A stretch of DNA of 63,746 nucleotides, filler included, from Reclinomonas americana ATCC 50394 (lineage: Eukaryota): the NCBI GenBank assembly GCA_048213135.1. It is 4 parts of 3 records of this genome, joined end to end, with 100 filler letters (N's around TTAATTAATTAA, not from the genome) between each part and the next. Parts side by side here need not be neighbours in the genome. Positions count along the whole stretch, not along the records: positions 39,483 to 63,746 come from PS015162.1; 3 more parts are not named here. The stretch is one strand, 5' to 3'. The notes under the pieces are model-generated. The model had not been told where the DNA came from. It saw only the letters and a list, made by a program, of their open reading frames with translations, and made no database searches. The position numbers and the translations under genes are program-made. Positions 50,586 through 63,746 of the stretch are shown piece by piece. Each line of letters opens with the position of its first letter. Position 1 is the stretch's first letter.

Positions 50586-52287
50586 CCCCCCCCCGCCCCC
50601 CCGTCTCTCTTTCCTCGCCGTCTGTTCGCGCATCGCAGCCACTCTTCACAATTTCTATTCCTCTTCTCCCTTTGTTCTCGCCTTCTCCTTTCCCCTTTGC
50701 TCCACTATCCATTTACCCGGGTTTCCTCTATTACCCACCTTCCCTCTCCCTCCCTCTCCTTCCCTCTCCTCCCTTCTCCTCTCTCTCTCTTTCTCCTTCT
50801 TCCTCTTTCTCTCACACTTGTTGCGCCACAGAATCTCCTCGGGGTCCTCGCTGTGGTCACAGAGAGCGGCGAGCTACAAGTATGGGCCATACCCTCCGCA
50901 GGTTCATTTCTTGTCACCTTGCTCTCCCCACCCTCTCCCACTCACCCCTCTCCATCTCCCCCTTAGCCGTTCTCATCCACGTCGACTCCACTCCCTCTGC
51001 CGATCACCCACCGGCTCGTTGCCTCGCTCCACACATCGTGGCCTCGTACAACGTCTTGCAGAAGCACGGCTCAATTCCTTCCGCGGTCGACTGGAAGCCC
51101 CTGTTGCGCTCCCAAATCGCGGCCGACAGCGGCGGCGGCGGCGGCAATGGAGATGCTCGTCCACAATATTCAACCACAGCTGGCTTCCAGCTGGCGATTG
51201 GCACATCGCAAGGTTACGCCGCCCCATCAACTTCCCTTTCCACTTGTCTGTTCCTCCGCTCACTTGCCTTCCTCCACCACCAGGCCACCTCGGCGTGTTT
51301 TCCCTGAACGAGCGCACAGGTGGAGATCGCGAGGTGGAACTCGTGTGCACCAGCTTTGTGCGCTCCACCACATGTGCTGTCACGGCAGTGTGCTGGGCTC
51401 GCGGTGTGTCACCCAGCTTTGTGCTGCTCGGCAACGAAATCGGTGACATGGTGCTGGCCGACGCCGCCGATCCGTACTGGATGCCGCTGAGTCGGTTACC
51501 ACATCGCGGACGCGTCCTCAGTATCGCCTGGCCACTGGAGACCATCTCGCCTGTGTGGACCACCAGTCATTGGCAGCTGCGGCAGATGCGGAGAGTGCCG
51601 AAGCGCATCGCCGTGGGACTCACCGCTCCAGCCATCGACTTGTCGTTGCCCGTGGAGGTCAGTGTGTCAGCGTTAATCATATCCACTCTCGTTGACGACT
51701 CACTCGTTGGTTGCAGGTCTCGCGTCGCCCGTGCTGGGCCGCCCGTGTGACGGCGTTGGTTCGTTGTTGGGTGTGGGGGGGAGCTGGTACTGCTTGGTGT
51801 GAGACTCACGCCTCCCTTGTTGCAGTCTGTGGCCGCCAGTCCTGCTGCTGACGCCATCGTGGTGTCCACAGCCGAGGGCTTTCTCGTAGTACAGAGAGCT
51901 GTGGAGCGTGAAGTTCTGCTGCGCGTGGTATGTCATCCACTACCGACATCCTTCGTCATTTGCCAGCACTAATGCACAATGCACGCAGTCGGTCGACTAC
52001 ACCGGTGAAGACAACTCGCTCCACATAGAGGCGGATCGGTACGGCTGCTCGGCACTCTCGCCACCATTCGAACCACCGGCTGGCTTGGTGAGGACCAATG
52101 TGTGCAGAGAGTGGAGAGGAGTAACTGTGAGGTCCTCTATCGTCTCACTTGCAACGCTCAGATGGTGCTGCCGCCCACCAACTGCGCGCTGACGAGTGTC
52201 GACGTCGACAGTGAGGCGGCACCGGATGGGTCCACTCTGTTTGCGGCTTCGGCGGCGGCCGGGTGGATATTAATCGGGCACATATGA
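48917..52287 (+). CDS. Probable TFIIIC WD40 subunit (GTF3C2/Tfc6-like)
   Basis: Acidic then Lys-rich N-terminus; GEPIRQLKWCP, LCHDGGRILGMSWLP, LLGVLAVVTESGELQVWAIP, IPSAVDWKP, LAIGTSQGHLGVFSL. Confidence 0.55.
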
Positions 52288-52335
52288 AGAAGTAATAACG
52301 GCGATGAGGAAAATCTAGGCCAGTGCAGTTCATTC

Positions 52336-55300
52336 TCACTGTCGTCGAAGATGGAAGGCGTGGCGTGACGGCCGTCGAGCAAACACCATGCGCAGCAGCG
52401 ACTCCCACAGGTATACCAGCGCAATGTCGGCCATGAGGATGGTGGTCAAACTCATCGAGAACTGGCGATTCGTGGTAACAATCGAGTGAGGAATGAGCGC
52501 GAGTGGAGAGGCAATGGCGAGAGAAACGCACCGTCCACGACGGGAAGGCGACCAGATCCAGCACGCCATACACTGGCAAAATCTGGGTACTCAGCACCAG
52601 AATGGTGACCACCGACACGGTCAGTGCCGTTCGCAGTCCCTTGTTCTCCGACAGCGACGCCATAAATGGCCGGCCCTGCGCGGAAGTGTGAGTTACACAC
52701 ACGGGTATGACCCTCTGCGAAGACGCGAGTGATGCAAACCTGATAGTTGCCAAGGAAGGTGGCGGTGTGGATTGTCATGTTAAAGAGGTACATGACAGTG
52801 TTGAGGAGTGACGGCTTGAAGTCGTCATCCAGAGTCTTTCTGCTCGCGACAACGACGGTGAGGACGCGTCAACAACCCCGTTTCGCACGTGCGACGCAAC
52901 ATCAGATCCGACGGGGGCGGCGACGCGGCATTAACCATGCCGACGCCAGTGAGCATCAGACCGAGGTGGATGAGGAACTGACCACCCACAGACAGCGCCA
53001 TGTACAGGCTGAGAATGGAGGTTTGCGGACGCTGCGGACTGATGATATTGATGGGCTGCGCCGGAGTGCGTGTGCATGTGTCAGTGAGAGTGCGGGAAGG
53101 AGTGCATAGGTGCATGCACACACCTTGGTGCGGGACAGCAGCATGAAACACGCGGAGAGAATCAACTCCGACACAGTCATTTGGCTGTTGGGCAGCAAGA
53201 GGTGAGACAGATTTCTCCCAACAGGGACCACTTCACAGCGCGCCACGCAACAAATCGCCATACTTGACGCCCTGCATGTACAGCAGCGACAAGCCGTACG
53301 CACTCATCAGCGCATTCACGCCGAGTGTCTTGTACATTTGCACCGTGGTGACCAGAGTGCTGCGACCGCGTCGAATAATGCTGCACACTGCCCGACCGAA
53401 GAACAAGTGAGAGAGTAGGAGGAGGAGTAGGCTGCAACGAGCGATGTGACACGCACCGGCGGCCAGTGATTGGGTGCGGGCGGCAAAGGGTGCTGCGATG
53501 GATGCATCACCGACTTGCACCAGCGGCGAATCCTCCTCAATCACCTCCTCTTCCACCTCCCCCTCTGGATTTGCCGGCGACTTCGACTCAGCAGCCGACG
53601 ATTCGCCACCCTCAGTCACTCCCGTCTCCTCCGTCTCGACAGTGCCCGAAGAGCCGGCCGCCGACGAGGAGGCGGCTTTGCTCCGTGCGCGAGCCTGCAA
53701 AAGAGAAGAGAGTGAGGCTCAAGAAGGACGAGGAGAACAGAAGAAGAACAGAGAAGCTCACCTTGCCAACCAGCTCCTTGATGTCCTTTTTCGTCGTGGG
53801 CCGTGGGGCTTCCTTCTTCGCCGAGGCGGCGGCGCGTGCGGCCAGCAAATGGCCGCCGGCATCAATCGATTTCTTGTGCGTCTCCGAATTCAACAACGCA
53901 ATGCCTGCGCGGCACGCAGCGGGTGAGCCGTGTGGACCCACACACACACTCACACTCAATCACGACAAACGCACCAACATTGGCCTGCTTCAGAGCGCCC
54001 ACATCGTTGGAGCCGTCGCCACACATCATGGTGACGCAGCCGGTGTGGCGCAGGGCCAACAAAATGCTCTCTTTTTGCTCCGGCGACACGCGAGCAAAGA
54101 CGGTGACGAGCTTGGCCACACTAAAAAGAGGGAAGTGAGAGGGAGAGGGAGAGGGAGAGGGAGAGGGAGAGGGAGAGGAGAGGAGAGGAGAGGAGAGGAG
54201 AGGAGAGGAGAGGAGAGGAGAGGAGAGGAGAGGAGAGGAGAGGAGAGGAGAGGAGAGGAGAGGAGAGGAGAGGAGAGGAGAGGAGAGGAGAGGAGAGGAG
54301 AGGAGAGGAGAGGAGAGGAGAGAGGAGAGTACGGACGACGGTAGGAGAACGGNNNNNNNNNNNNNNNNNNNNNNNNNNNNNNNNNNNNNNNNNNNNNNNN
54401 NNNNNNNNNNNNNNNNNNNNNNNNNNNNNNNNNNNNNNNNNNNNNNNNNNNNNNNNNNNNNNNNNNNNNNNNNNNNNNNNNNNNNNNNNNNNNNNNNNNN
54501 NNNNNNNNNNNNNNNNNNNNNNNNNNNNNNNNNNNNNNNNNNNNNNNNNNNNNNNNNNNNNNNNNNNNNNNNNNNNNNNNNNNNNNNNNNNNNNNNNNNN
54601 NNNNNNNNNNNNNNNNNNNNNNNNNNNNNNNNNNNNNNNNNNNNNNNNNNNNNNNNNNNNNNNNNNNNNNNNNNNNNNNNNNNNNNNNNNNNNNNNNNNN
54701 NNNNNNNNNNNNNNNNNNNNNNNNNNNNNNNNNNNNNNNNNNNNNNNNNNNNNNNNNNNNNNNNNNNNNNNNNNNNNNNNNNNNNNNNNNNNNNNNNNNN
54801 NNNNNNNNNNNNNNNNNNNNNNNNNNNNNNNNNNNNNNNNNNNNNNNNNNNNNNNNNNNNNNNNNNNNNNNGGGAGAGGGAGAGGGAGAGGGAAAAAAGA
54901 GAGGGAAGAGGGAAGAGGGAGAAGAAGGAGAGGGAGGGAGTAGGAGAGGGAAGGAGGGGGAGAGGGACAGAGAAGTAGAGAAATAAGAAGAAGACGAAAG
55001 GAAGAGCGAGGCTATGCATAGCTGTGTTCTTCACTGTGATCATCGTTTCCCTCATCGCTGTGCTCCTCGCTGTGCTCATCGCTGTGCTCTTTGCTGTGCT
55101 CCTCGCTTTGCTCCTCGTGTGCTCCTCGCTGTGCCCCTCGCTGTGTTCATCGCTGTGTTCACGGCCTTCCTCCTTGCTGTGCTCTGCGCTGTTCTCCTCG
55201 CTCTCCCTTCGCTCTTCTCCTCAATCTCTTCCACGCACCGATCCAGCCACTGAGAATCCTGCTCCAATGCTCGCATAATGGCCGCGCCAGTCACGCAAAT

Positions 55301-58300
55301 GTCGTAGTCGTTCACCAGCGCTTTCACGTGGTTTGCCGTCCAGCCCTTGTCAACGTACGAGCCGTCAGGAGCTTGCCACACCAGGACGCCTGCCAGTCGC
55401 AGACTCGTGTAAGACGACCGAGGTCACACAACACGCAGCAAAGTCTCCACCAACGCCACCCACCTCCCTCGGTGACGGTGAGAACAAGGGGTTCACGATT
55501 CACCAGCTCGAGTTCGCGTGAAACGTGAATGGCGGTGAGCGGATTGTCTCCGGTGATCATGCACACTTGATGGCCGGAGTCGAGAATCTGCGTCATGGCA
55601 GCGGCGGTGTCTGGCTTCAGCGGGCAGCGGAACACAGCAAAGCCGGCAATCTGCATCTGCGATTCGACTTGCTCGCGCGACAGGCTGTGCGCCACCTGCC
55701 GCAGTTCACTGCGCTTGTCACTAATGGCGGCACCGTCGTCGGTGCGAACTTCTGCGACGCAAGGGTGAGTGCTGTGGCACACAATATAAGGCCAGGCGTC
55801 ACACACACATGCAGCTAGCTTCACCTCGAATCACGCGGTAGGCCAGCGCCAAGACGCGATTGCCGGCATTCATGAGGTCGCGCACCTGGCGATCGTACCA
55901 GGCGGGGACTTCGGCGAGCGCATGCCGCACGGTTTCTGGCGAGCCTTTCATGACGGCGACAAGCAAGAGTGGAGCAGTGCGGTCGGTCGACGAGGCGACA
56001 GCTGCGAGGGGACGACAGGTGAATAAAAGCAAACGAGGGAGCTGCCGCAGACACAAGCACGCAACAGACGACACTGCTCATGCGCTGAAGACGCGACTGG
56101 AAGGCGTGACGCGCGAGGATGCGGACCTCGTTGAGGGTGCCAGCTCGCCGAGTGATGACATCGGCTGCGAAGAAGACAGGGGAGATGAGGTGAGGAGCCG
56201 TCAAATACACGGAGCGTGGTCGCTTCGAACCTTGAGAGATGCCCCAATTGATGTGCTCCAGAGCCGCCTTCTCCATCGGGTCGCCGACCACGTTGCGATC
56301 GAGAAGCACCAACGAGTGGCAGCCAGCAAGCACCCACTGCGCGGATTCCGGAATGGCGTCGCGAGAGCAAATCACTTCACTGTAAGAAACGGGAAAGCGT
56401 GAGTGACATACGTAAGCGTATATCACAACCAAAGCAAACGCGACAGTGCATACGAGAGCGACAAAGACAGTTTCACAGACAGATATAAAAACGGACAGAC
56501 AGACAGATACGAAGACAAAGGCAGAGAGGGAGAGAGAGAGAGAGAGTCAGAGATACAGTCAGAGATACAGAGGCAGACTGAGATTGAGATCGAGAGAGAA
56601 AGAGAGAGACAGACAGAAAAACACAGACATGAAGAAAGACAGACACAGACATAGAGAAAGAGAGAGAGAGAGAGGAGGGAAGGCAGACACTCAGACAGAC
56701 GGAGAGAAGAACGCACTTGTTGCTCTCCTTGTCTCTCCCTCCCCCTCCCTCCTTCCATCTCCGTTCCTCCCTCTACGTCTGCCTGTCTTTCAACAACCAC
56801 GAAACTGTGAGGCGGAAGGGACCGCCGAACGTGGAACGACCACACCCTCCATTTGCATCTCGTCCGACGTCAGCGTGCCTGTCTTGTNNNNNNNNNNNNN
56901 NNNNNNNTCCCTGCGCACTGTCAAAGCCCGTGCGCAGAACGTAGCCGACGCAGCCGTTGTCGCCAACTGTGCGGCAACTCAGATGTGAATCATAGCAGCC
57001 TCTTCTCTTCACACACAGACAGAGCGAAACTCTTCAACGCCTTGTTGCGACGCGCAGGCGACGAGTCGTCGGCACTGCCAGAGGTCTGCACCAATTCGGT
57101 GCCGCCAAAGACCACGTGCAAGCGATCGTGCTTGTCAATATCGACCAGCTCGTCCAGGCCGCGCGATTCGATGCTTTCCTGCAGCGGCGATGAATGGCGA
57201 AGGGTGGGGAGGCGGAAAAATGAAGGGGAAAGATGAAGGGCGGGACATGGAAAACGAAGTGAAAAGATGAGGGTGGGGAGGCAGAAAACGAAGTGAAAAG
57301 ATGAAGGGCGGGAGGCGGAGGAAACACGAAGTGAAAAGGCGAAGGGTGGGACACGGAAACACGAAGTGAAAGATGAGGGTGGGGAGGCAGAAAACGAAGT
57401 GAAAAGATGAAGGGTGGGGAGGCGGAAAACTAATGAAGGGTGGGAGGTGGAATCACGAAGAAAACTGTCACTTGAATTTCGCGCGGTCGTGCGCTGTGTC
57501 CCTTACAGTCTATGATTCTCTTTTTTGTGCTCTCTCTCGCGCCCATGCCTGTCTCTGTCTCGCCCTCTCTCTCATCCTCCGACTGCCTCTGTCCGTCTAT
57601 CCCTCACTCTCACACGAACACTCAGCCTGTCAGCCAGTGTCTCTCTCTCTCTCTCATCTATCCACCTATCTCTCTGACTGCACGGCTATCCCCAGTGCAC
57701 TTTGCCTCGCAGTAGCTCTTTCCTATCTTTCTTGCTATCTCTCTCTCTCTCTCTCTCCATATCCCTCTCCCCTACTATCCCTTGCCCCCCCACTCACCTT
57801 CGTGGCGGGCGTCGACTCGCCCGTCAGCATGGCCTCGTTGACTACGGCGTTGCCGGTGAGCAACAGCATGTCACACGGCACTGTCGTGTTCGAGTGCAAG
57901 AAGCACAGATCGCCGGGTACCAGCGTGCCCGCCACCACACTCTTCCAGCGACCGTCGCGGAAGGCATTGATCATGTTCTGCTTCACGTTGACCACGCGCA
58001 ACCGATCGAGGTTCTTCTTGCGCGTGGCCACGACTGTGCCCTCAAACACCACCAGCAGGGCGAGCACCAGCAACGAGAAGAGTACGTAGTCGTCGGCACT
58101 CCACAGGAGCACCGAGGCCACCTGCACCAAGAGGGTGAGAAGGAAAATGTAAGGTTGAAGTCTCGCTGCGGTCGTTCTCACCTGGAAGACAAAGAACGGC
58201 GCGACGGCGTGCTCTTTGAAGAGGTCCAGGAACGTCACATTCGGCCATGCGAACTCGTTGTTGCCGTACCACTGCAGCGCCGAGACCGCATCCTCGGTCC

Positions 58301-59358
58301 TCTGTCCAGGATTGGCGGCTGTTTACGAGGGAGATGAGATGCGGACGTTGTTGAGATGACAAGAACGCACAGAGTTGTTGAGAGCGCACCAGCACCCTCC
58401 AGACCCGCCGTCTGCACGTAGTAGCCGACTGTGCGTGGCACTCCCATGTTGCTCGGCACGAACTCGTCCTGCTCAACATCGAGAACGAATTTGCGGCAGC
58501 GGTACACAAAAAACACGTGCATCATGTCGACGTAGGCCAGCGGCATTTCCTCTGCAAGGTCCACACCGACGGAATAAGAAAACAAGCAGAGACCTTGGTA
58601 CTCTCCTTTTTCGCGCACCATCCAGTGGTCGGCCGAGCACACGTGGAATCGACTGCACCGGGACAATCTCACTCTTCATGCGGCGATCGGTGCCCATGCA
58701 CACGCGAACGTGCGTGGCGGCGGCCGGAGAGCGAACGCTCTGTGCGGGAGAGATGTTCAAAGGGACGAAGCAGAAGGGACAGTGAGTGCGAATCGCACCT
58801 TGTACGCCACCAGAGCACACATGGCCACCGACCAGTGCGTGCAGAGATGCAGAATGACATGCAATACAGCCACGCCGCCGGCCACGGAGGTTGTCACGGG
58901 TGTCCAGTCCCACACGGCGGTGATCACTGAGGATAGGGAAAGGGAGAGAGAAGGGAGAAGGAGAGGGAGAGTGAGAGGGGAGAATGAGGGAGAGAGTGCT
59001 TGCGAGACTAGTCTGCCTCAAAGATGTACGCAGTGATCTGTCTATTTCATGCAGTGTGAGTGAGACGACGGAGCAACATCTCTCTCTCTCTTTTCTCTCT
59101 CATTGCGAGATTGCATTCAGCTGGTGTATCTCTCACTGTGATAGAGTGTGCGTGCGTCTGCTGTACATCAACACTTGTCTCCACTCGTTCCCCTCGTCTC
59201 TTGGGTCTGCTGCATCTCATCACTTGTCTCCACAGTTCTGCATGCTCTCTCTCTCTCTCTCACACACACACACTCTTTCTTTCTTTCTCTTCACATTCAG
59301 TGTGAGAGAGCATGAATCACCTCAACGCTTGTCTCCACAGCATCACCCGCATCTCTCA

Positions 59359-59398
<40 letters not shown>

Positions 59399-59510
59399 TC
59401 ACTTGTCTCCACAACGCGCACATTTCTCACTCTCACACTCAAGCTTCGTGCATACACGACTGCTGAGTGCACCATCTCATCACTGACTCCATAGTGTCAC
59501 CCTGCTGTCT
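52336..59510 (-). CDS. ATP13A1: P5A-type ATPase (Spf1/ATP13A1), 5' end and TM3-4 region in gaps
   Basis: [31 protein letters not shown], (D)KTGTLT at the gap edge, [63 protein letters not shown]. Confidence 0.95.
55020..55205. repeat. 12-bp intronic minisatellite
   Basis: CTCCTCGCTGTG variants repeated about 14 times inside an ATP13A1 intron. Confidence 0.8.
57190..57460. repeat. ~32-36 bp intronic minisatellite
   Basis: GAAAACGAAGTGAAAAGATGA(A)GGGTGGGGAGGC variants repeated about 7 times. Confidence 0.85.
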
Positions 59511-59608
59511 CCTGCCACTTGCAACGTTCCACGCATCGACGTGCAGCATGAGAGTACACGTGTTCTCTCTATATGTGCACTTGTGTGTGTGTGTGTGTGC
59601 GTGACTGC

Positions 59609-59646
<38 letters not shown>

Positions 59647-59702
59647 NNNNNNNNNNNNNNNNNNNNGTCTCTGTCTCTGTCTCTGTCTCTGTCTCCGTGC
59701 AG

Positions 59703-62700
59703 CGTTCATTTCCCGCACTGTGTCTGACGAAGAGGAGCAGGCTGCAGGCAACATGCGTGCGCGAGGTCACCATCACAAAGCTCGACAACGCCGCGTGGGC
59801 CACCATTGCCGTCATGTCGTTCTTGGGGCTGCTGGTGCTGATTGGTGAGTTACAGGGACACAAGTGCGCCAAGCCCCGATTTGTGTGCGCGCGGTCTTCT
59901 GTTCTTTCTTTCCTTATCTCCCATGTCTCTCATTCGCTGAGTGGCTGTGCCTGGCTGCCTGCTGACCAATATCCCTTTTCTCTCTGCGTGTGTCTTCCTG
60001 CTCTCTCTCTCTCTCCCCTCTCCGTTTATGCGTGCGTGTGTTGGCTGCTTGTCTGTCTGCCAACCAAATCACCTAACTCTCTCTCTCTCCTCTCTCGCTG
60101 TGTGCGTTCATGCGTTTGTTTGTGCCCCTCTCTGTCGCCGAATGTGGATGCTGTTGCTTTGACTGCTTGTCTTTCTGCCAGCCAAACAACCCCTCTCATT
60201 CTCTCTCTCCCTCCCTCTCTTTTTCTCCGTATGTGCATACGTGTGTGCCGCTGACTGCCTGTCCATCTGCCGACCAATCTGTGTTCTCCCTCCACTCTCT
60301 CCCCTGTCTCGCCGTACGTGTACGAGTGACATCCTGTGGTTTAATGTGCTTTCTGGCACGTTCACTGCTTCTCTCACTCCCTGGTCCGTGCCTCTTCTCT
60401 ACGCCCATGCATGTGTGCTTTCTGTTCGCCGACCAGTTCACTGTTTCCCGCTCTCCTTTGTCTGCATTCGTGTTTTCCGACGTTTCACTACTTCTCTCTT
60501 ATCACTCCCTATCTCTCTTCTTTCTACACTTGTGACTCACGGTGCGATTCAACATCTTAGGATCGGTGTTGGAGCTGTGTGGTTTCGGCCGCCCAGCTGC
60601 TGCTGCAGAGGTATGTACATCACGCTTCATGACACTTCATAATCTCGTCACATCCTTACCGCTCACTTCTGTCATTTGCCTCATTCTCGTGCATTCCTCC
60701 CTCGTTTGCTCATTGTCCTGCCTCACTTCACTCTGCTGCAAATCTTGCCTCCTCGTTCCTCCCTCCCTCCCTTACCCCTCCCTCCCTCCCTCCCGCCTCC
60801 CCCTTCCTCCCCATCCGTAGTCCCTCGTGGAAATCCCCACCGAAACCCCCGGCACCACCGCCCCCACCACCCCCGACTCCTCCTTCCGCGGCTCCGTCCT
60901 CGCCAAACAATCATCGGGATCCGGCAAGAAGTCCTCATACATGGCCAGCGGCAACGACGCCAGCGGCGACATTCAGTTCTCCGACCGTCGCCTGCTGATT
61001 GATCACGCAGGTGCGCGCGTGCTCGTGCACACGCGCACACATCGGTTGTATCCTTCCGTCTCCATGCTCAACGTGTATCCACCCTTTCCCTTTCCTCCTT
61101 TCCCTTTCCCAGATCACGACCGACCACCCACCCGTCGCCACGCCTCCGTCGCCCGCACCCGCGCCCCCTGCACCAGCTACGTCACCCGCTTCTTCCTCTC
61201 CTGGTCCGCCATCAGCAACACGGAGAAGCTGTTTGCACCGTCACCCGATGCGGCACTGGCGTGCCTGAATGGAATCGTTGCGTGGCCAGAGAGAGAGAAT
61301 GCTCTGTTTTCTCGCACGCAGTCGAAGATGAAAGAATGTGGCCACACGAGAGACCAGTTGCACGTGAGCGAACGTAACTCTTGGACGATGGCGCGAGAGC
61401 TGAGAGTTAGAGAGTACCTGCTTCTCACAAACGACATGCACGAGGTATCAGACAGAGGGAGAGACAGAGAGCCTCCCTTATTTACTTCTCCTTCTCCTCA
61501 CTTTCCCCTCTCCCTTCCCCTCAACCTACCCTTCCCCATTCCAGCGCGTCCTGTCCATGTTCTGGATCATCCTCGGCCACTCCGACCTATTCATGCTGCA
61601 ATTCCTCCCCAACGTCATCCTCCTCTTCAGTCCGGGCGGCGCTGCCACGCAGTGGCCCCTCTCAATCATCCAGGGTGCCGAGGTGCGCTACGACATTGAC
61701 TGGTCAGTTTGTTGCCTCCCTCGCACTCACTGTCCACTTTCCGCAGTTCTCGGTCGACACATTCTTCACGCTCTCCGGTCTGCTGGTGGGTGTCAACGCG
61801 TTGAAGGAGTTGTACCCGGTCAAACGCACCGTTGGTGAGTCTCCCATCTTGTGAGAAGAGTGAGCGAGTGAGTTGAGTGAGTGCAGTCTGTGAGCGAGTG
61901 CAATAAGAGTGAGAGAGAGAGTGTGTGTGTGTGTGTGCGAGGGAGAGTGAGTGAGTGAAATAAGAGAGTGTGCGTGAAAGAGCGAGTGAGTTGAGTGACT
62001 AACTGCAGTGAGTGAGCTAGTGTACGAGTGCGTGAGTGGGAGAATGTACGAGGGAGTGTGAAAGAGAGAGAGAGAGAGAGAGTGAGTAAGCGAGAGATTT
62101 GAGTGACTGCAGTGAGTGAGTGAATGAAAGATAGAGAGTTTNNNNNNNNNNNNNNNNNNNNCAGTGAGAGAGTGTACGAGGGAGTGTGAGTGAGTGAAAA
62201 TGAGAGTGTGTGTGAGTGAGATAGTGAGAGAGTGAGTGAATGAAAAGAGAGCGTATGTGAGAGAGTGTACGAGGGAATGTGTGAGCGAGTATACGAGAGA
62301 GTGTGAGAGAGTGAGAGTGAGCGAGAGAGCTGGATGACTGCAGTGAATGAGCGAGTGTACGAGTGCTTGAGTGGGTGAGTGAGTGAGTGAGTGTGAGTGA
62401 GAGAGAGAGAGAGAGACAGTGTTGGAACTTTTGTTCCCTACCCTAATGTCGTCATTGTCGGTCTCATGAGGAGCTGCTCCTGGTGAACGGGTGACGGGTT
62501 AGGGGGTCTAGGGTAAAGGCGTAGAGAGCAACTATTGAGTCGCACTACAAGGGTAGGGAACAAATTATCTAACAACAGCGAATGAGGGGATGAGTGAGTG
62601 ATCGGTGAGCGAGTAAGTGAGTGTGTGAATGAGTGAATGGGACAGAGCGAATGAGAGAGGGAGAGAGAAGAGAGTGAGAGTCCAAAATCGAAATTGACGA

Positions 62701-63746
62701 CCTCCTTTGCGCTTACTCGGTTGTGCACAGACGGCGAGCCTAAAGGACACCTCAACTGGTTCCTGTACTACTTCCACCGCTACTGGCGACTGCTGCCGAG
62801 CTTGGTCATCCTGCAGACGGTGGCGTGGAAGTTGAGCAAGTATTTCGGTGCGGGGCCGCTGTGGTATCAGTACCAGATCGGTTACGACGCCAACTGCGAC
62901 AAGTACTGGTGGACGGTGCGTGTAAAGTGAGCGTGCAGTCCATTCCTTGGCGATGCTGACGTGCGCGCGGCAGAATCTGCTGTTCATCAACGGATTCTAT
63001 CCGTGGTCGCAGCAGGACCAGTGCATTGGATGGGTGAGTGTGGGGAAGCGGAAACGAAGAGGGGCATGTTTTTTTGCATTCTCTGTAATCTCCCATTCTC
63101 CCTCCACTTTGTCTCGCACTTCCTTGTCCCGTGTCCACGGAGAATGAGAGAAATGTCTCTCCTCTCTTCTCTCTCTTTTCCTCTGCAGTTCCTTATCCTC
63201 TTTCCCTCTCCATCTCGTACTCTCCTTCTTTTTTCTCACTTTCCCACCCAGGTGTGGTACCTGTCGTGCGACTTTTGGGCGTTTGCCGTGACGCCGCTCT
63301 TTTTGATTCTGGTGAGTCGCCGATCGCGTTTGTCCGCCTCCAATCAGGCGCTCACCGCTCCCTTCCGCGCGCAGTACAAGCGACGCAAGTGGCTCGGGTG
63401 GCTGTCGTTGCTGTTGGCCCTCAGTGGCAGCCTCATTTACAGCGTTGCGGATCATTGCCACTGCCCGGTATCCCTTTGCGCTAATGCTGACAGGCTCAAT
63501 GTTTCTGTGCTACAGGCGGTCATCATTCACGTGAAGAAGATCCCAGTCTACAACGTAGTCTCGAATGACATGGACTACAACACGTATTACTACAGGTTTG
63601 AGATCGGTTGTGCAATGCCAGCTGTTCTGGCAACTTGTACACTGAACATTTGACATGCTGATTGCAGCAAGCCGTATGCTCGCATTCCACCGTACTTGAT
63701 TGGACTGTTGCGTAGCTATCGTGTGCGCTCATTCTCTATCCTCTCT
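59703..63746 (+). CDS. NRF-6/OACYL-like acyltransferase-3 family membrane protein, partial at both ends
   Basis: WSAISNTEKLF..LACLNGI|RVLSMFWIILGHS; GAE|FSVDTFFTLSGLL; YFHRYWRLLP; CDKYWWT|NLLFINGF..CIGW|VWYLSCDF. Confidence 0.9.
62420..62574. mobile_element. 155-bp MITE-like insertion with TGT...ACA ends, 25-bp TIRs and 4-bp TSD
   Basis: Left TGTTGGAACTTTTGTTCCCTACCCT vs reverse complement of right TGTTAGATAATTTGTTCCCTACCCT (21/25, inner 15 perfect); ACAG at 62416-62419 and 62575-62578. Confidence 0.8.

Overview
This is a GC-rich, gene-dense eukaryotic (protist-like) draft scaffold with many short spliceosomal introns, AG/AC microsatellites, N-gaps, TTAATTAATTAA contig linkers and 454-type noise beside gaps. 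Gene models were spliced by eye. Recognisable genes: two tandem beta-lactamase-family serine hydrolases, a GT4 glycosyltransferase, a multi-FN3 protein, POP5, two related WD40 proteins, Aladin (AAAS), a GON7-like protein, a secreted SUEL-like lectin, an At4g15545-like protein, RBBP5, POLD3, a probable GTF3C2, the P5A-ATPase ATP13A1 and an NRF-6-like acyltransferase-3. The most interesting signals are: (1) frequent 5' splice sites shifted by one nucleotide (GTTG[AC]G, never preceded by exonic G); (2) a synonymously diverged copy of the GT4 signal-anchor exon bounded by a 10-bp direct repeat; (3) two tandem box C/D RNAs whose guides match U4 (A65) and U2 snRNA; (4) a 155-bp TGT...ACA MITE with a 4-bp TSD and a G-quadruplex core. 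All family assignments come from recalled motifs, not database searches.
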